From: a bacterium
Lineage (GTDB): Bacteria; SAR324; NAC60-12
Length of the DNA: 14,031 bases
Direction of reading: 5' to 3'
Assembly (NCBI GenBank): GCA_965233585.1
Contig: CBDDTI010000236.1
Span: forward strand, 1 to 14,031
The translations under genes were made by a program, and so were the position numbers. The first letter of the stretch is position 1; each line of letters opens with the position of its first letter. Shown piece by piece: positions 10,025 to 14,031 of this stretch. A model generated the notes under the pieces. That model saw only the letters and a program-made list of their open reading frames with translations, was not told where the DNA came from and ran no database searches.

Positions 10025-10062
10025 GGGGGTGGTGGGGGGGGGGGGGGGGGGGGGGGGGGGGG
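10025..10062 (+). repeat. Poly-G tract (29 consecutive G at 10034-10062), potential G-quadruplex
   Basis: Direct reading: gggggtggt followed by G29. Confidence 0.9.
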
Positions 10063-10530
10063 AGAAAGACTTACCACTGGAACTTAAAGGTATTTCTTCT
10101 AGTTCTTGACTGATCGCTTTTCCTTTACTTTAATGTTCGCCCCGGGAGTCAAAAAGCCTGGATTTTAGTCTATTATCGATTCCTAAGCTCCCGAAAGAAA
10201 TGTGCCAATCAAATACATGGCTGAAGTTAGACAATGATTCTAGTGCCACCTGCCTGTTTTGAATTGTTTATTACGAATGACACGTTTATCGCTCTTAGAG
10301 ATTAAATGACCCCGTTTAAATGACCCTATTGGATGAAACAACTTAACAAATGCTTTGATTGCAGCTAGGTACACTTAAAAAATCAGCAATTAATTAGAGG
10401 AGAAGCAATTCCTGCTCTAGAAGTGTTTATTACTTGTAGTGATTCATCTTACTAACTGTCGTTTATCTGTTCAATATGATTCTGTGAACGTCAAAAAAAT
10501 ACAAATTATCCTATTTATGTCGAAGGCGTT

Positions 10531-10570
10531 GATTGGTCAACAGCCAAGCTCCGCGGGCGGCAGATGGCAC
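10531..10570 (+). promoter_or_regulatory. Putative proximal promoter of the TRAF-like gene (inverted CCAAT box, GC box)
   Basis: GATTGG at 10531-10536 and GGGCGG at 10555-10560 in a local GC/CpG-rich patch ~450 bp upstream of the predicted ATG at 11008. Motif evidence only. Confidence 0.35.
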
Positions 10571-10594
10571 GATCATTAAAACTAGACTAATTCC

Positions 10595-10906
<312 letters not shown>

Positions 10907-11007
10907 GGCCGGTGATGAAGAAATCGAATTAGTGCACCTTTCTTCAGCGATGCTTTGCTTGTTATATTCGTTTGAGAGTGTTTTACATTCCGTGCTTTGA
11001 ATTTCAC

Positions 11008-11073
11008 ATGGAACGTAAAAGCGAAGGGCAGATTTTGGTGAATGAAATTATCGCTCAGCTAAAAACTAAGGAG
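11008..11073 (+). CDS. TRAF-like RING-finger gene, predicted exon 1
   Basis: cacATGg start, 22 codons MERKSEGQILVNEIIAQLKTKE, strong donor GAG|GTAAGA in phase 0 matching exon 2. Confidence 0.65.
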
Positions 11074-11709
11074 GTAAGAATGTTCGTTTCATTGACAAGA
11101 TTTCCCAAAACATTTTCAAACAAATGCTAAAAAAGTGTGAATTTAAAATAGGCTTAGATTTGTTCCCTCATTACAAGTACGAGCGTCTTAAGTTTAGTGT
11201 GAAGGTAATAGATACGTTCAAAAAGTTTGATTTAACCAGTCGTCTTGTAAACAAGAATGAAGTTGAAATTGGCATTGATTTTTACACTTTTAAAACAGTG
11301 ATTTTCTTTCTCAATTAGTGTCTATTTAGTGTTATTTTTCAGTCGCTAGGTTACTAATTATGTATACAAAGGACTTCATGCAAATAATTTAAACCAAAAT
11401 GATCGACCTTTTGTTTCTTCTTGATATGACCTGGATTTTTTGAACCTTTCATAACAGAACTACTTAACAGCACCAAGTAGAAACTAATCAGAAGCACTCC
11501 TTCATCGACAAGATAAAAATATCCCTATGAATTATTTACACGTTGTGCTATAATGAAGTCTCTGATCTGAACCGCTTTTATCTGGATAACAATCTGATGT
11601 ACTTGTTACAACATAATGTAAAGATTGCATCTGTACTACTAAAGACGTCCAAGTCTTTCTTTTAAAGTCGAAAAGCAAACGAAAGGAATGAGAGGGAGAA
11701 TACACAAGA

Positions 11710-11932
11710 TTGTAGTTGTTGTTGTTGTTGTTTCCACATTGAATTTTTGCTTATCCAAACTGGAAGAAGGGAAAGTTAGATGCGAAAATGTGTTTGGTTG
11801 TACAATGGGATCTCCCGTTTTCCAATTTAACACTTTCGTGCAACGTTTTGCATCCTGTTGTTGTTATTGTTGTTGTCGTTGCTTCTACTGCTGCTGCTGC
11901 TGCTGCTGCTACTGCTTCTGTCGATGTTGTTG
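11710..11932. repeat. Intronic (GTT)n and compound (TGT)n/(TGC)n microsatellites
   Basis: gttgttgttgttgttgtt at ~11715-11732 and tgttgttgtta...tgctgctgctgc at ~11856-11932. Confidence 0.85.
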
Positions 11933-12007
11933 CTTGGAACAGAAGTCAATTCCTCGAGCACTTTCGATCATGACTAAATTAAACACGTGTAAATACCATA
12001 CTCGTAG

Positions 12008-12246
12008 GAGTTCACTGCTGGAGGAGCACACAGTCCAATTTGCTCTCGTCCAATCAGCAGTCGCGAAGGTGCCAGTCCTTCCTCTCTTTCCCAGGTACAA
12101 CCGAGAGAAGAGATAAAGGCGACGTTTGTGTTTCCACTGGCTGAGAAATACCAATGTCCCGTATGCAAAGACGTGCTCCGATACCCCGTGCAGTTTGAAG
12201 AGTGCGGTCACAGAGTTTGTTCATCATGTTTTCCTTCGTTGCTGAG
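12008..12246 (+). CDS. TRAF-like RING-finger gene, exon 2 (N-terminal part of the RING)
   Basis: Acceptor ctcgtAG and donor AG|GTGAGG (phase 2). Encodes EFTAGG...EIKATFVFPLAEKYQCPVCKDVLRYPVQFEECGHRVCSSCFPSLL, i.e. C-x2-C...C-x-H-x2-C-x2-C preceded by the FV motif typical of TRAFs. Confidence 0.88.
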
Positions 12247-12431
12247 GTGAGGTTATTTCACATTTGTAATTCTCTTTGCTGACATAGGAAGTTACGTTTT
12301 CAATCGAGGTGTGCTTCCAGGGATGAAATTGGCAATACTATCAGTAATATAATTTAGATTGGGAATTAACAGTGTTAGAAACAACTTAACTGTATATCTA
12401 TACCGAGAAAGTACGACTGGCTTGTGGGATA

Positions 12432-12764
<333 letters not shown>

Positions 12765-12882
12765 TTCGTGATATACCACTCGAAAATGTTGCCGATAACT
12801 ATTATATACTCGTGTTAAATACGTGCGCACATGCAGCTGGCTTCGATGCTCAGTCCATTTTTCATTGCTGTTTTGCTTACAG

Positions 12883-12931
12883 AGTTGAACCGCGATGTCC
12901 AATCGATCAGACTCAGATTAACAAAGAGGCT
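12883..12931 (+). CDS. TRAF-like RING-finger gene, exon 3 (completes the RING)
   Basis: Acceptor ttttgcttacAG and donor |GTGAGT. Phase 2 in, phase 0 out. Encodes (R)VEPRCPIDQTQINKEA. CPxD completes a C3HC3D RING as in TRAF5/TRAF6. Confidence 0.88.
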
Positions 12932-13910
12932 GTGAGTAAAATTGAGCTTCATATATCCTTAGTCTTAAAAGAACGATACTTTAATCAAAGTACTGAATGA
13001 TACCTTTTCTTAGGTACACCAGTGCTTTATTGAACTGAGTATATAACAGTTATAGGTAGTTATTGAAGGTCTCAGTATATGCAATGACAGTCGTTAAGTT
13101 TCAAACTAGTTGTAGCAATACTTTAGTTTTAGTTTATTATGGAGAAGATTACTTCATTGAGATTGGCTGAGAGCAGGCCGAATATTTCATTTGCACTGCA
13201 GTGTAAATTAATGTGCCCTTTCGTAATCTCCTCAGCCATATAATAAATTATCATCGTATGAATGGTCGAGCAATTAAGGATTTACGCCATGAGTGTTATC
13301 TGAAAATTCTTTCCAAAAATAAATTAAAAACATCATTCTTAATGTAAATTATATAAAGTTGCACTCGCATTCATACGATCACCTGTATTAAGTTGCTTTT
13401 GCGTGATCTTCAGTGAGCAAGCACATTTATTCCCAATTTCATTCAAATGCAAAAACAATATCTGCTAAACTTTCTTTCAAAAGCAAAAACAATATATCTA
13501 AGCTTTCTCTCTTCGCTTTCCCTCTCTCGCCACCATGTACAATACACTTGAGCAGTTTTAGTGGTTCTTCTCATGTTATCCTCCCTGCAGTGGTAAAATT
13601 GGTCGCCTTACTAGATATGAACACCGTTTGAATACAAAGTTAAGTTTGGTTGTTTTCAGGACAGTAGTTAATATATAGTTCCAGCCCCATTAGCACATCC
13701 GATAAGGTCAGTCCTATCAGCGCTAATAACTTATACACGCAATGATTTACTAATGAATACTGTAAATATGTAAAAGGGAAAAAATGTTTTATTTTAAAAT
13801 CAAGATAATTTAGCTCACAATGTGGCACAGGTATAGAAAATAAGCCTGGAAGAAGATACTTCGGTCGGTAGGTGTACTGATGCAGACGCTCGACCGTCTA
13901 AAAATGCACC

Positions 13911-13954
13911 TAGCTCGTTTCCAAGGCCTCTCTTCTTTTCTGTGAACGAGGTTG
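13911..13954. repeat. Degenerate copy of the hairpin MITE family seen at 1671-1733
   Basis: agctcgtttccaaggcct resembles acctcgttcccagggcct, and the right end gtgaacgaggttg resembles gggaacgaggttg. No TSD is recognisable. Confidence 0.55.
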
Positions 13955-13991
13955 ACAATACGTCATAAAAGAATTTCGCCTCTCTTTCCAG

Positions 13992-14031
13992 GCCTACGTA
14001 GACAAGGCGTTTAATCAGGAGATTTTAGAAC
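13992..14031 (+). CDS. TRAF-like RING-finger gene, exon 4 (truncated by the window end)
   Basis: Acceptor cttctctttccAG, phase 0. Encodes AYVDKAFNQEILE..., matching the D-x-A-x-x-x-E-I-L linker helix that follows the RING in TRAF proteins. Confidence 0.8.

Noticed and set aside
9910..10113. Gly-rich ORF
   Set aside because: The poly-Gly stretch is just the G homopolymer.
11639..12211. Cys-rich or metallothionein-like 142-aa ORF and overlapping poly-Val/Ala/Thr ORFs
   Set aside because: These are translations of intronic trinucleotide microsatellites. The real coding frame is the RING exon starting at 12008.

Overview
AT-rich eukaryotic genomic DNA with spliceosomal introns. The repeat families and gene types point to a cnidarian, probably a stony coral (inference). 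The centre is a single ~3.7-kb coding exon (4802-8533, +) for a TPR-CHAT protein. It has 18 exact 40-aa LGN-type TPR units plus a divergent 19th, followed by a caspase-fold CHAT domain with an apparently intact His/Cys dyad. Databases would probably label it 'TTC28-like'. About 2.5 kb downstream on the same strand begins a spliced TRAF-like RING-finger gene (exons 11008-11073, 12008-12246, 12883-12931, 13992->end) that the ORF track misses. The rest holds a decayed Ty3/Gypsy gag-protease fragment, a 63-bp hairpin MITE with a 9-bp TSD, a PIF/Harbinger-type MITE with a TAA TSD, two non-autonomous elements sharing a 'terminal hairpin plus subterminal inverted repeat' layout, microsatellites and a 29-nt G run. 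The most interesting candidate is a variable-repeat sensor fused to a caspase-like protease next to a TRAF signalling gene, possibly a coral innate-immune receptor-protease.
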